A DNA stretch of 64,000 nt from Patescibacteria group bacterium (GCA_041661685.1 JBAZTY010000001.1:256691-320690); one strand, 5' to 3'. Positions 25,773 to 36,052 are shown, numbered from the stretch's first letter. The notes: generated by a model not told the origin, from the sequence alone. Program-made: numbers and translations.

Positions 25773-26921
25773 TTAATTATTGATTATTTCACGACGGATA
25801 TTGGCTTGGAGTTTGACCAAGAACTCATAAGGAATAGTATCGCACAGAGCGGCCAGATTAAAGATAGAATTATGATTGTCCCTCTTAGCTGAGATAATCT
25901 GGACAATATCGCCAATTTTTGGCTTATTTTGGCCTAAATCTAATGAAGTTAAATTCATGCAAACCTTACCGGCTATCTTGGCCCAGAAACTTCCGATCTC
26001 TGACCTGACTAAAAATTGGGCACGGTTAGATAAGCGCCTATCTAATCCTTCAAAATAGCCGAACGGGATAGTGCCGATATTAACCGCCTGATTGGCGCGA
26101 TAGGTCTCATTATAAGAAACACTTTCCAGTACATTCACCTCTTGAAGGGAGACGATATGAGAGAATACTTCCAGGGCCGGCTGAAGAGATGTCGCTCTTC
26201 CCTGTTCATCAGAAAAAGGACTATAGCCATAGAAAGCTAATCCCGGACGATAAGCGGTCAGAAAATCATTCTTAGTCGTAAAAACCGCGGCTGAGTTGCC
26301 CAGATGGACCCAGCGCGGCTCGAAACCCGCCTTCTTTAATATTTCTAAGGCCGTACGGAAATTATCTTCTTGCTCCTGATTCAGGCTTGATTCTTGATCA
26401 GCGGAAGCCAGATGGGAACAAAGACCGCTCACTTCTACTTTATCGAGATATTCCTTGTTGGCCTTAACGAAAGACTCCATATCTTTAATGCCCTCGCGGT
26501 TCATGCCGGAATTGACGAAAAGATGGATGCGGGCGCGCTTGCCCTGCCGCGACAGATATCTTAAAGTTTCTTCATTATAAACTACGAATTCCGTCCGTCC
26601 CAGCTTGCAATAATCATAAGCGCGCTGTGGCATTTCGCCTAAGATAAGAACCTGGCCTCGGAAATGACGATAAGCGATCTGCGCTTCCGGGTAAGAATCA
26701 ACGACAACCATCTTTGGTTTGACCTTATTCAGGATCTGGCAAACCTCTTTCAAGCCATGCCCATAAGCGTTAGATTTCAAGACTGGAAAAATAGCCGCTG
26801 TTGGCTGCAGGCTTTCCAAATAACGAAAATTCTCGATCAGCTTAGCGGCATCAATCTCGATGACGTTAAGAGTCTCGTATTTCGGCTTGATAATTTTTCT
26901 TAATAAATTCATCATAGTCAA
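25773..26921 (-). CDS. alr: alanine racemase
   Basis: PLP-lysine motif AVLKSNAYGHG. 382 aa, with a C-terminal beta domain. Stops 5 nt before the ftsQ-like start. Confidence 0.9.
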   Translation of the reverse strand: MTMMNLLRKIIKPKYETLNVIEIDAAKLIENFRYLESLQPTAAIFPVLKSNAYGHGLKEVCQILNKVKPKMVVVDSYPEAQIAYRHFRGQVLILGEMPQRAYDYCKLGRTEFVVYNEETLRYLSRQGKRARIHLFVNSGMNREGIKDMESFVKANKEYLDKVEVSGLCSHLASADQESSLNQEQEDNFRTALEILKKAGFEPRWVHLGNSAAVFTTKNDFLTAYRPGLAFYGYSPFSDEQGRATSLQPALEVFSHIVSLQEVNVLESVSYNETYRANQAVNIGTIPFGYFEGLDRRLSNRAQFLVRSEIGSFWAKIAGKVCMNLTSLDLGQNKPKIGDIVQIISAKRDNHNSIFNLAALCDTIPYEFLVKLQANIRREIINN

Positions 26922-26934
26922 TTCCGATTCCGGA

Positions 26935-27984
26935 TTATTCGTTGACGACCTTACCCTGGCCGGAATTGAAACGATCCTTATCTAGGTCAGTAGTCAGTTT
27001 ATCTAGAGAGCCATTCACTTCCTGCCCGGTCAGGACATCAGTGGCGTAATACTGCACGTTATTCAACAAGGGTAAAACTAGACCGACTTGATCAGCGGTT
27101 GGTATTAACTGGACCTCAAAGCCTAGATGATAGCTTTCCGCGCGGCCCGGCATTTCCGCGACTTTCCAGATTAATTGGCGAGTCTCGGGATTATAATTAA
27201 AATCACCGGCCAAGAGAGAACGGCTATCGGTCAACTCGACGCCCTTGGGCAGTTTAGCGCTGACGATCAAATTCTTCCAATTATCTTGGCTCTGCGCTTC
27301 TAAGAAGATCCAACAATTAGTCGGAATGCCGACGAAAGGAGGCAAGGGGCCGATGCCTAACTGGTCGCCTTGCGGACTGGTATAATAAGCGGCATCAGTT
27401 ACTTTTAATTCTGCTTTCACTTTCAAAGCCGATAAATCGAAATCATGCTTTAAGGTCTGGCCGTCAATACTATATTCGCTGCGCGCGCGCCAATTGATAG
27501 TTCGCTCATTGCTCTTAGAGCTGAAGTAAACCTTCACTTCCGCTTCCCCGCTCGCTCCGGCTGCAATCTTAGCAAATTTGATTACCTGATTATCAATATT
27601 AAAATTAGAATTATCTTTGACCTTTTCCAGCTTCTTCAAGGTAAAATTACCATCAGAAGTTTCTAATGATAATTTCAAGTCAGAAATTGCGACCGAACCG
27701 CTATTCTTGAAACTTATCTTTAAAGTCGCGCCTTCCTCTAAACCGACTATTCCCGCGTCCGGAATCAATTCTAGGCTAAGAGGCGGATTATTCAAATCGA
27801 CTGTCGGCCGGGCATAAGAACCGAATCCCGGCAGATTAGGACGATAGAGATATAGTCCGGTTAAAGTCGCCAATAAACAGATAATGACAATCAAGAGCGA
27901 CAGGTCGAGGACAAAATGCCAATGGCTCTTGAAATAGAACCTCTCGAAGCGGCCGCGGAAATAACGATGAATCAATTTAAACAT
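26935..27984 (-). CDS. membrane-anchored hypothetical protein with Ig-like/DUF11-like repeats
   Basis: N-terminal TM helix (LDLSLLIVIICLLATLTGLYLY). The beta-rich ectodomain includes GATLKISFKNSGSVAISDLKLSLE. Confidence 0.7.
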   Translation of the reverse strand: MFKLIHRYFRGRFERFYFKSHWHFVLDLSLLIVIICLLATLTGLYLYRPNLPGFGSYARPTVDLNNPPLSLELIPDAGIVGLEEGATLKISFKNSGSVAISDLKLSLETSDGNFTLKKLEKVKDNSNFNIDNQVIKFAKIAAGASGEAEVKVYFSSKSNERTINWRARSEYSIDGQTLKHDFDLSALKVKAELKVTDAAYYTSPQGDQLGIGPLPPFVGIPTNCWIFLEAQSQDNWKNLIVSAKLPKGVELTDSRSLLAGDFNYNPETRQLIWKVAEMPGRAESYHLGFEVQLIPTADQVGLVLPLLNNVQYYATDVLTGQEVNGSLDKLTTDLDKDRFNSGQGKVVNE

Positions 27985-27995
27985 ATGTTTAAAAA

Positions 27996-30038
27996 TTAAT
28001 AAAAATTCTTGATGCCGACGAGAATATCTGGCGTGCCATCGCTGTTCATGTCGCTCACGCTGACGCGCGCGCCGCCATGATAGCTCTCATCATAGGCGAA
28101 AAAGCTCGCTAGTGCTTGGCCGCCAGCCGAGAAAATACGGACTTGCGGACCGCCAGCGGAAGCGGGCACGGTTATTATCTCAATAGCGCCATCGCCATTA
28201 ACATCACCGGTCGCGATATTGATGCCGCCGTTGAATTTTTCTCCATAAGCGGAAAAAGTCTTCTTTAATTTTCCGGTCAATGTGAATATTTTTATCCCGG
28301 ATTTATCACCCTTACCCGGTCCAGTAATAATTTCGTCTTGCCCATCATTATCAATATCAGCCAGAGCGACACTCACGCCGCCGCGCAGATTCTTATCATA
28401 AGCAAAAAAGCTTCCTTCTAACTTTCCGCTCGGACTGAAGACGCGGACCTGCGGGCCGCCCCCTAGACCAGCTCCGGTAACTACTTTCTTAAAATATCCA
28501 TCATCGAGATGAGCCGTCAGATTAACCGCTTTCTTATAAGCCTTATCATAAGGATAGAAGGATGAAACTGATCGGCCGTTCTGATATAGGATTATCCGGC
28601 CGCTAGCGGCGCTAAGATTAATATCGCTTCCGGCATCGGAGCCAGACGCCATGATGACTTCGGCTTCGCCGGGATAAGCGCTGACATAAGAAAAGAAGCC
28701 GCCGCTAATCTGATTTCCTTGAATATTAAAAACTCTATAAAAATAACCATTCGTAAAAGCGCTATTGCTGATTGCGGTATTGCGTTTCAACAAGACCAAA
28801 CCGTCTTGCGGCGCCAGCTGGATATAGTTTATCTTCGCGCCATTATTAATAGCTGGAGCTTGCCCGCCGGAAATCTTCTGCAATTCTTCCTTCAGGAGGG
28901 CGTAAGTCTGTTTCTTATCAGTCGAATTGACGATAGCGACTCCATTCTTAAAATCGCGGCGCCAAAGGCCAGGTTTCAACTCTTCGCTCGCGTTCGCTAA
29001 TAGATTGAACGGCTGTGAACTAGGCGGACCAAGATTGACGTCATATTCGTCATACCACCAAGTCTGGCCGTGCTTAGTGACGTCATAATCAAAACTGTAA
29101 AAGCCGCTGCCCATAAGCGCGCTAGCTAGGCCATAACGGAGGTGTTGATAATTAAACTCATTCTTATCCGAGACATTCAGCACGGAAATTGCCGGCGCCG
29201 GATTAAGGTTCGGCAATTTCAAATATGTCTTCATCGATCCGGCCCAAGTGCCGCCATTTTCCCAAGATGAAGGAAAACTTTCCAGCATCATGCCGTTTAT
29301 AATCGACTGATAGCCGTCATAAACGCGGCCATTGCCGATAATGATAAAATCATTGCCGGTCAAAAGGCGAGTCTTAGCCAGCATCTTCTTAAAGCCGGCC
29401 GCCCAAGCGGCATCGGCCTGAGCCGGCGTATCATTGACGCCGTTATTATCCAAATCCATCCTGCCGCCGTTAACCCAGGAAACATCGCCCCAAGTATTAT
29501 CATAGAAAACGCCATCCCAAAGACCGCTCGCCGCAATTCTATTCGCGACGAAGTCTGGCAGATAATCATTAAATTTTTTTCCATTCGCATCCGGAATAGC
29601 GCCGTCAGTCAAATTAAACATCGAGGTATAGGGCCAATTAGAGATTGTCTTTCCATTCTGGTCATGTATCCACCAGCCATCGGATAGACCGCTGGCGAGC
29701 TCCTGTCTTAAGGTAGCCGAACCATAATCATTGATATTATCCAATATTTCTTGCGAAGTGAGGTAAGCGAGAATAATAACGCTAGGATTAAGCTGGCGGA
29801 TCTTTTTTAATTGCGCTGGACTATTTTCCGCCACTTCCATATCTAAGATGAGCAGATCCCATTTCGCTAATTCCTTAGCTTCGCTGCTAGATATTTCCCA
29901 TTTCAAAAAATAATTAGCCAGCCGCGGATAAGACGGCTTCAGAGTCAAAGCCCCAGAGACAGACGGAAAAAGAAAGCCGGTAATAACGACGGCTAAAAAT
30001 GATATGAAAAAAAAATTTGATTTCGACGTCTTCTTCAT
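27996..30038 (-). CDS. secreted GHL15/GH114-like domain fused to FG-GAP/VCBS-type repeats
   Basis: Signal peptide. The N-terminal ~330 aa are paralogous to 2384-3406 (WDLLILDME, LNPSVIIL, WDGVFYDN, MDLDNNGVND, GNDFIIIGN). The C-terminus has repeats DIDNDGQDEIITGPG, GDVNGDGAIEIITVP and SDMNSDGTPDILVG, with GGPQVRVFS motifs. Confidence 0.65.
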   Translation of the reverse strand: MKKTSKSNFFFISFLAVVITGFLFPSVSGALTLKPSYPRLANYFLKWEISSSEAKELAKWDLLILDMEVAENSPAQLKKIRQLNPSVIILAYLTSQEILDNINDYGSATLRQELASGLSDGWWIHDQNGKTISNWPYTSMFNLTDGAIPDANGKKFNDYLPDFVANRIAASGLWDGVFYDNTWGDVSWVNGGRMDLDNNGVNDTPAQADAAWAAGFKKMLAKTRLLTGNDFIIIGNGRVYDGYQSIINGMMLESFPSSWENGGTWAGSMKTYLKLPNLNPAPAISVLNVSDKNEFNYQHLRYGLASALMGSGFYSFDYDVTKHGQTWWYDEYDVNLGPPSSQPFNLLANASEELKPGLWRRDFKNGVAIVNSTDKKQTYALLKEELQKISGGQAPAINNGAKINYIQLAPQDGLVLLKRNTAISNSAFTNGYFYRVFNIQGNQISGGFFSYVSAYPGEAEVIMASGSDAGSDINLSAASGRIILYQNGRSVSSFYPYDKAYKKAVNLTAHLDDGYFKKVVTGAGLGGGPQVRVFSPSGKLEGSFFAYDKNLRGGVSVALADIDNDGQDEIITGPGKGDKSGIKIFTLTGKLKKTFSAYGEKFNGGINIATGDVNGDGAIEIITVPASAGGPQVRIFSAGGQALASFFAYDESYHGGARVSVSDMNSDGTPDILVGIKNFY

Positions 30039-30057
30039 AGCTGGTTATAATTAAAAT

Positions 30058-31338
30058 TTATTTCTTCTGACGGCTTATCTTTTTATAGCCTTTTGGCATA
30101 TATGGCACCAGAGCTTTAGGAATGTCTATCGAGCCATCCTCATTCTGATAGTTCTCTAAGATAGCAATCAGGCAGCGCGGGATAGCGATAGCCGTACCAT
30201 TAAGGGTATAGACTAATTCTTTTTCGCCATCAGCGCGACGATATTTAGTATTCAGGGCTCGAGATTGATAATCAGTGCAATTAGAAGTAGAGGTTACTTC
30301 CGCCCAGGCGCCTTGATTACCGTCAGCCGCCGGTTTACCCGGCATCCAGGCTTCGAGATCGTAAGTCCTGATTGAAGGAGCGCCGAGATCGGCCGTGCAA
30401 TGATCAATAACCTGAAACGGAAGACCCAGACCTTTAAATATTTTTTTTTCTATTTCCAATAATTCTAAATGCGTCTTTTCCGCCTCCGACGGTTTCACGT
30501 AAGCAAACATCTCAATCTTAGTGAATTGATGGACGCGGAATACGCCTTTAGAAAATTTGGAGTAGCTGCCGGCTTCGGTTCGAAAACAATGCGAAACGGC
30601 CGCATATTTTTTAGGCAAATCAGCCTCTTCAAAAACTTCATCCTTATGATATCCGCCCATGGTTATTTCCGCCGTGCCGATCAGGCTGAGATCGGAATTT
30701 TCGATGTTATATATCTGGGTAGATTCGCCGCGCGGACTATAGCCCATGCCTTCAAGCACTTCTCTTTTCGCCAAGTCCGGAGTCGTAAACGGCGTAAAGC
30801 CGCGCTTGACTAGGATTCCGAGCGAATATTGGATAAGAGCATATTCCATCAAGGCTAATTCATTCTTCAGATAATAGAACTTCGCGCCGCTCACTTTCGT
30901 CGCCCGGTCGAAATCAATCAGGTCTAACGATTCCGCCAGCTCGACATGATCCTTAGGGGAAAATTTGAACTTGGTCGGCTGGCCATATATCTTCAGTACT
31001 GGATTATCATCTTCATTATCACTTACTCTGACATCAGGATGAGTCAGATTAGGAACAGACATGAGCATCTCTTTTAATTTAGCCTCTTGCTCAATCAATT
31101 CTGTTTCCCATTTCTTCAACGACTCGCCAAGATTTTTCATCTCGGCGATTATTTCCGGGGTCGGCTTGGTCTTAGAAGCTTGATTGCGCCTAGCTCTAGC
31201 GGTCTCGCTTTGAGAAATAAGAGTCCGAACTTCAGTATCTAAAGCTAAGAGGATATCGATATCGACAACTGATAAGCGATTCTTAGAATTTTTCTTGATC
31301 AATTCTGGATTTTCTCTAATAATTTTTATGTCTAGCAT
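30058..31338 (-). CDS. serS: serine--tRNA ligase
   Basis: N-terminal coiled-coil arm plus a class II core (FRTEAGSYSK, GTAIAIPRCLIAILENYQ). Confidence 0.95.
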   Translation of the reverse strand: MLDIKIIRENPELIKKNSKNRLSVVDIDILLALDTEVRTLISQSETARARRNQASKTKPTPEIIAEMKNLGESLKKWETELIEQEAKLKEMLMSVPNLTHPDVRVSDNEDDNPVLKIYGQPTKFKFSPKDHVELAESLDLIDFDRATKVSGAKFYYLKNELALMEYALIQYSLGILVKRGFTPFTTPDLAKREVLEGMGYSPRGESTQIYNIENSDLSLIGTAEITMGGYHKDEVFEEADLPKKYAAVSHCFRTEAGSYSKFSKGVFRVHQFTKIEMFAYVKPSEAEKTHLELLEIEKKIFKGLGLPFQVIDHCTADLGAPSIRTYDLEAWMPGKPAADGNQGAWAEVTSTSNCTDYQSRALNTKYRRADGEKELVYTLNGTAIAIPRCLIAILENYQNEDGSIDIPKALVPYMPKGYKKISRQKK

Positions 31339-31363
31339 ATTTTTATAATTATTTTCTTCTTCT

Positions 31364-33064
31364 TTAATTGATCACTTCCCCGCCAAAAGTCTTTAAGAGA
31401 TCGGCCATCAACCCGCCAGGAGCTTGTTCAGTCTTCGCAGCGGCCGGCTTAACCGGCTCAACTTCAGTCTTTGGAGCAATAGCTGATTTTCCCGCCGTTT
31501 CCTCTTCTTCATGGCATAATTCCAAATTCTCATCAACCAAGGCGATAAAGCTCAAAGCTCGTCCGAAGACTTCGCTTAAATTATTCTCAACGATGCTCTT
31601 GATATTATGATCGCTAACCCGATCATGATGAAATTTATATTTAAAAACCAGCATCATTTTCCCTCCCCTCACTTCCCGAGGCTCGCAATTCTGCAAGACA
31701 AAAGATAAAGAGTGATTATATTTTTTAATCTTCACTAAGAACTCCGGCCATTTCGCCAAAATCTCTTCGGAGCACAGATTGCATTCCTTATCGATTTCGC
31801 TAGACGAAGATGCGACGCCGCCATTAAGCGGCCGACTCTCTTCTTTCACCGGCGCTAAAGTTTCTTTCTTGATAAAAGTAGGACCGACATTCCGATTCTG
31901 ATTAGGCATAATCGTTTCCCGACGCAGGCTCGGAGCAGATGGAACGGATGGAGCAGATGACGCCGGACTGAAGCCGAAACATAATTCCACTATCGCTAAT
32001 TCCAAAGGTAATTGCGGAATCAATGGACTCTTATTATCATTAGCGCTTTCTAAAAAACGGCGCGTAAAAGAAAAAATCTGATCCCAGCTGAGATTTCCAG
32101 CCACTTCGGTTAGGCGCTTTTCCAGATTCTCGCCCAGATCAAGCCCGAGGTTATCCGCTAATTCCGGGCTTAATTTATCAAGCATAATCTTACGAAGCAA
32201 GCTAATCAGCTCGCCGGTAAAAGTTTTTAGATTAACGCCGCTATCTATCAAGCCGTTCACTAAACTGACCGCTTTAGCAGCGTCCTTCTTGCCGAGATAA
32301 TCAAGCAGACTAATTGCTTCATGGCTATTATAATGCGGCAAGACTAATTCAGCTTGTTCGGCCGTAATCTTCTTATCGCCGAGCGCGAATATCTGGCCTA
32401 AAAGACTTTCCGCATCGCGCAGATGCCCGCCAGAACGGCGCGCTACTGCTTCGAGAACAGAAGCATCGACGCTGATGTTCTCGGCTTTCGCGATATGGCT
32501 CAACTTAGTAACAATCTCGCTGACGCTGATGCGCTTAAAATCAAAACGTTCGCAGCGGGAAATGACCGTGCCGGGAACTTTCTGAATTTCCGTCGTGGCT
32601 AGGATGAAGACGACATAAGCCGGCGGCTCTTCGATTATCTTCAGGAGCGCATTAAAAGCGGAAATGGAAAGCATGTGAACTTCATCGATAATGAAGACTT
32701 TGAATTTAGCGCTCGTCGGCGTCAACCTGGAAAAAGCGATAATGTTCTCGCGGACATTATCGACGCCAGTATTAGAAGCCGCATCGATCTCGATGATATC
32801 CAGATTCTTTCCAGCCGTGATGCCAACACAGCTGGCGCATTTATTACAAGGCTCGGACTCTCCATCCTTCCGTTTTTCGCAATTAAGGGCTTTCGCCATG
32901 ACGCGAGCCAGGGTCGTCTTGCCGACCGCGCGCGGACCGCAGAAAAGATAAGCGTGCGCCGGACGGCCGGCGGCGATTTCATTCTGAAGAGTGATCTTGA
33001 TGTGATTCTGTCCGAGAACTTCGGAAAAATTCTGGGGACGATAATCGCGGTACAAAGTGGACAT
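31364..33064 (-). CDS. dnaX: DNA polymerase III subunit gamma/tau
   Basis: Walker A GPRAVGKTT, a zinc module CEKRKDGESEPCNKCASC, Walker B FIIDEVHML, and SRC (VISRCERF). Confidence 0.95.
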   Translation of the reverse strand: MSTLYRDYRPQNFSEVLGQNHIKITLQNEIAAGRPAHAYLFCGPRAVGKTTLARVMAKALNCEKRKDGESEPCNKCASCVGITAGKNLDIIEIDAASNTGVDNVRENIIAFSRLTPTSAKFKVFIIDEVHMLSISAFNALLKIIEEPPAYVVFILATTEIQKVPGTVISRCERFDFKRISVSEIVTKLSHIAKAENISVDASVLEAVARRSGGHLRDAESLLGQIFALGDKKITAEQAELVLPHYNSHEAISLLDYLGKKDAAKAVSLVNGLIDSGVNLKTFTGELISLLRKIMLDKLSPELADNLGLDLGENLEKRLTEVAGNLSWDQIFSFTRRFLESANDNKSPLIPQLPLELAIVELCFGFSPASSAPSVPSAPSLRRETIMPNQNRNVGPTFIKKETLAPVKEESRPLNGGVASSSSEIDKECNLCSEEILAKWPEFLVKIKKYNHSLSFVLQNCEPREVRGGKMMLVFKYKFHHDRVSDHNIKSIVENNLSEVFGRALSFIALVDENLELCHEEEETAGKSAIAPKTEVEPVKPAAAKTEQAPGGLMADLLKTFGGEVIN

Positions 33065-33099
33065 AGAGGTTTCTGAAAATAGAAAAAATTATTTAAAAA

Positions 33100-35571
33100 T
33101 TAGCGTCCGCTGCGGCGGCTTATCTCCGCTTCGACCAGCTTAGCGTTCTGTCCGTATTTCAAGCGGCTCAGAGCCCGAATCTTATCGGCGAGCCCTGGGC
33201 GCTTAACGCCCAAGATCGGCCAGATTGTCTTCAAGGAGAACGGCCGCGATGAGCTATTATCGACTAAAAGTTTAAGACAAGCCATGCCCTTATCAACGTT
33301 AATGAGGTCATACTCGTTAAAGACCGGCGCGAATTCCTTAACTAGAAAAGCGGCATCTTCCGAACCGATCTTAAAGCTCACCATCGTGCCGACGTTGCCA
33401 AAGACCGCATCCTTAATCTCGGTATTATTATTCTTTGTTAATTGACCGATATACTGATGAGCGATGACCAGGTTAAGCGCATATTTTCTAGCTTCCGATA
33501 ATATCTGGCAGATCGAGTTAGTCGTGAAATTCTGGAACTCATCGATATAAAGATAAAAATCCTTGCGCGATTCTTGGGGCATATCCGTGCGGCTGAGCGC
33601 CGCCATCAAAATCTTGCCGACTAAAATCATACCCAAGAGATAAGCATTCATTTCGCCGACGATGCCTTTCGGCAAATCGATAAGCAAGATCTTCTGCTTG
33701 TCCATCACTTCGCGCAGATTAAAAGCGCTCTTCTGCTGCCCGATAATCGGGCGCATCATGTCGTTAGAAATAAACGAAGTCAACTTGGAAGTAATGTACG
33801 GAACGATATTAGCTAAAGCCGCTTCCCCGCCGGCTTTCTCCGCTTCCTTACGCCAGAAATCAACGACGGTCTGATTCTTGCAGCGGCTCAGCTTTAAGCG
33901 ACGGAACTCTTCATCAGCCAGAACTTTCGGAATCTCCATTAAAGTCGAACCGCTCTCCGGATCGTCCATAATAAGCAGCATCGCGTTCCTCATGTATTGT
34001 TCGAACATCGGACCGCCAGTCGCTTTCAAATCATATAATTTATCGAAGATGCCGATCATCTCGTTGATAACAAAGCTCTTCTGCTCCGGATAACGCTCAT
34101 CATAATCTAGCAGGTTTAAAGCGAGCGGGCGTTCCAGGTCTCCGGGAGAAAAGATGATGACGTCTTCAGCTCTTTCCGGCGGCATGCGATCCAAGATGTC
34201 TTGAATCAAATCGCCGTGCGGGTCGAGTACGCAGACGCCTTCCCCGTTCTGGATATCCTGAATGGCCATATTCGCCAATAAGACAGATTTACCGACACCG
34301 GATTTACCGATGATATAGGTATGGCGGCGGCGGTCGGCGCGCTTAATCCTGATTTCCTTCTTGACGCCGCGATAGACATTCTCGCCCAAGCTTATGCCTT
34401 CAGTCGGAATCTCAGCCGGAGCTGGAGCAACTCTAGAAGTCAGCCAGAAGATATTCGGAGTTTCTGTCCCGGATAGCGGGAAATGAAAAATACTAGCTAG
34501 CTCTTCACTATTCATTAAGAAGCTAGTCTGCTCGCGGAAATAACGATAAATAAAATCCTTAATGATTTTATCAGGGTCGCTCTTATAAACGCGGGAAAAG
34601 ACGTTGCCGTAACTGAAATTATTATATTCCATGAAAGCGCTCGAGACATTATCCAGATAGACATTCGCTTTTTCTTTCGTGTTCGCGCAAGCGACGACGC
34701 GGACATTCACATCCAGCCCGGCTTTCAAGTTCTTCTCTTCAATCGCTTTCAGCATCTCTTCTTCGACGGCTGACAATTTTTTCATATCCAGCGGATGCGC
34801 CGGATCTTTCGGTTTAGACGAAGGCATCAGTTCATTGAAAAAATTAAGAAAACGTCCGTAAGAAGAGGCAGCCATTAAACCATTCTTAACCGATTGTTTC
34901 TTGATAATACTCTGGGCAACACGACGAGAAGTCCCATGCCAGGAACCCCTAGCGCTGCGAACAGTATATTGGATCGCCAGGCTTTCATCCTTATCTAATT
35001 TTGATAATATGTTAATAAGCGAATTAAGCGGATCAACTTCCATCTTCTGATAAGTCTTGATCGGAAAAACGAAGTTCTTAGTCGTCCGCAGATAACCGGC
35101 AGCAATAGCTCCTTTCAAACTAAAAGAATTATAATCTTCCAACTCTTCAATCACCGCTTGCGGATAATGCGCGTGAATCTGCTGCTCTAAATAACGCGCG
35201 CTCTCCTTAGGCGCCGCGATATAAAAAGAAATGCGGTTATGGCTGGCGACAATCTCAAAAGAAAATTGATCATTGCGTCCGGTCAGCCAATGAGAAAAGC
35301 CGCTCTGCGCTTTCAGGCCGCCGATAGCAGAAAATATTGTCTCTCCTTTAGCGATTTCCTCTTTCATCTGATTAACGTTTGCCTCTTTCTTATCATCGCT
35401 CGGCTTTTCTTTCGGCAAGCGGACAATGAAGACCTGATGCGGAAAATAACGGCGGCGCGCCAGCAAGAGCCTGATGATATTTAGGATAATCAGCGCGCCA
35501 AAAATAATCGCGCCTGAAACGGCGAGATAATAAATAGCGGCGTCTCCTAAATTAAAAGGAAGGTTTTCCAT
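33100..35571 (-). CDS. membrane-anchored VirD4/TraD/HerA-like P-loop ATPase (type IV coupling-protein-like)
   Basis: N-terminal TM helix, about 400 aa of unknown domain, then Walker A YIIGKSGVGKS, Walker B FYLYIDEFQNF, and ARKYALNLVIAHQYIGQL. Confidence 0.65.
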   Translation of the reverse strand: MENLPFNLGDAAIYYLAVSGAIIFGALIILNIIRLLLARRRYFPHQVFIVRLPKEKPSDDKKEANVNQMKEEIAKGETIFSAIGGLKAQSGFSHWLTGRNDQFSFEIVASHNRISFYIAAPKESARYLEQQIHAHYPQAVIEELEDYNSFSLKGAIAAGYLRTTKNFVFPIKTYQKMEVDPLNSLINILSKLDKDESLAIQYTVRSARGSWHGTSRRVAQSIIKKQSVKNGLMAASSYGRFLNFFNELMPSSKPKDPAHPLDMKKLSAVEEEMLKAIEEKNLKAGLDVNVRVVACANTKEKANVYLDNVSSAFMEYNNFSYGNVFSRVYKSDPDKIIKDFIYRYFREQTSFLMNSEELASIFHFPLSGTETPNIFWLTSRVAPAPAEIPTEGISLGENVYRGVKKEIRIKRADRRRHTYIIGKSGVGKSVLLANMAIQDIQNGEGVCVLDPHGDLIQDILDRMPPERAEDVIIFSPGDLERPLALNLLDYDERYPEQKSFVINEMIGIFDKLYDLKATGGPMFEQYMRNAMLLIMDDPESGSTLMEIPKVLADEEFRRLKLSRCKNQTVVDFWRKEAEKAGGEAALANIVPYITSKLTSFISNDMMRPIIGQQKSAFNLREVMDKQKILLIDLPKGIVGEMNAYLLGMILVGKILMAALSRTDMPQESRKDFYLYIDEFQNFTTNSICQILSEARKYALNLVIAHQYIGQLTKNNNTEIKDAVFGNVGTMVSFKIGSEDAAFLVKEFAPVFNEYDLINVDKGMACLKLLVDNSSSRPFSLKTIWPILGVKRPGLADKIRALSRLKYGQNAKLVEAEISRRSGR

Positions 35572-35572
35572 A

Positions 35573-36052
35573 TTATAAAGAATCTTTTATTCTAATTATC
35601 TTATCGGCTTTTATTTTCGCTTCCTGTTCTAAGAAGAAAAGATTGATTCCGGGAATAAGCTTGAGCCAGGCTCTGATCAGATCGATAATTTTACTGGCTT
35701 TAATTTTGGTCTTATCAAGAAGCGTATTTATCCTCTTAACCGTTTCTTCCCCGCTCTTCTTGAATTCCTGCTGACGCTTGGCATCCATCTTCAAGAAGAC
35801 CTCGTTAAGGCCTTCGGACAAGACGGCGTCTATAGCCTGTGCGCGCTGCTCCTGATAACTGAGCGCAACCGGAGTAACCGGACGCGGCGCGACCGGCGCA
35901 GCTTCCCCCGCCCTCAAAGTCTCTGGAGCTTTTTCCGGCGCGGCCGGAATCGACTCCACTCTATTTTCCGGGCTAGCTATCTTCTCCGCCTGACGTGAGG
36001 GCAGAGTTATCTTTTCTTGCTGCGGGATTTCAATTTTATTCTCTTCAGCCAT
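35573..36052 (-). CDS. hypothetical protein (Pro/Ala-rich N-terminus, helical C-terminus), translationally coupled to the ATPase
   Basis: The ORF-track start (36076) is a TTG. The ATG at 36052 gives MAEENKIEIPQ. Its stop TAA is followed by T and then the ATPase ATG (TAATATG). Confidence 0.6.
   Translation of the reverse strand: MAEENKIEIPQQEKITLPSRQAEKIASPENRVESIPAAPEKAPETLRAGEAAPVAPRPVTPVALSYQEQRAQAIDAVLSEGLNEVFLKMDAKRQQEFKKSGEETVKRINTLLDKTKIKASKIIDLIRAWLKLIPGINLFFLEQEAKIKADKIIRIKDSL

Noticed and set aside
30007-30015. A 9-nt homopolymer at codons 8-11 of the secreted GHL15/FG-GAP gene (also A8 at 13135-13142 in the PKD lipoprotein gene), considered as slipped-strand phase-variation switches.
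   Set aside because: Equally long A/T runs occur inside essential genes (for example T9 at 30441-30449 in serS and A8 in the GT26 gene at about 15745). Such tracts are therefore background for this AT/Lys-rich genome.
31364-33064. A programmed -1 frameshift site in dnaX (A AAA AAG type) producing a gamma subunit.
   Set aside because: No A-AAA-AAG heptamer with a downstream hairpin was found on the coding strand. The only A-run (ATTAAAAAAT, about 31722-31731) lacks the slippery pattern.
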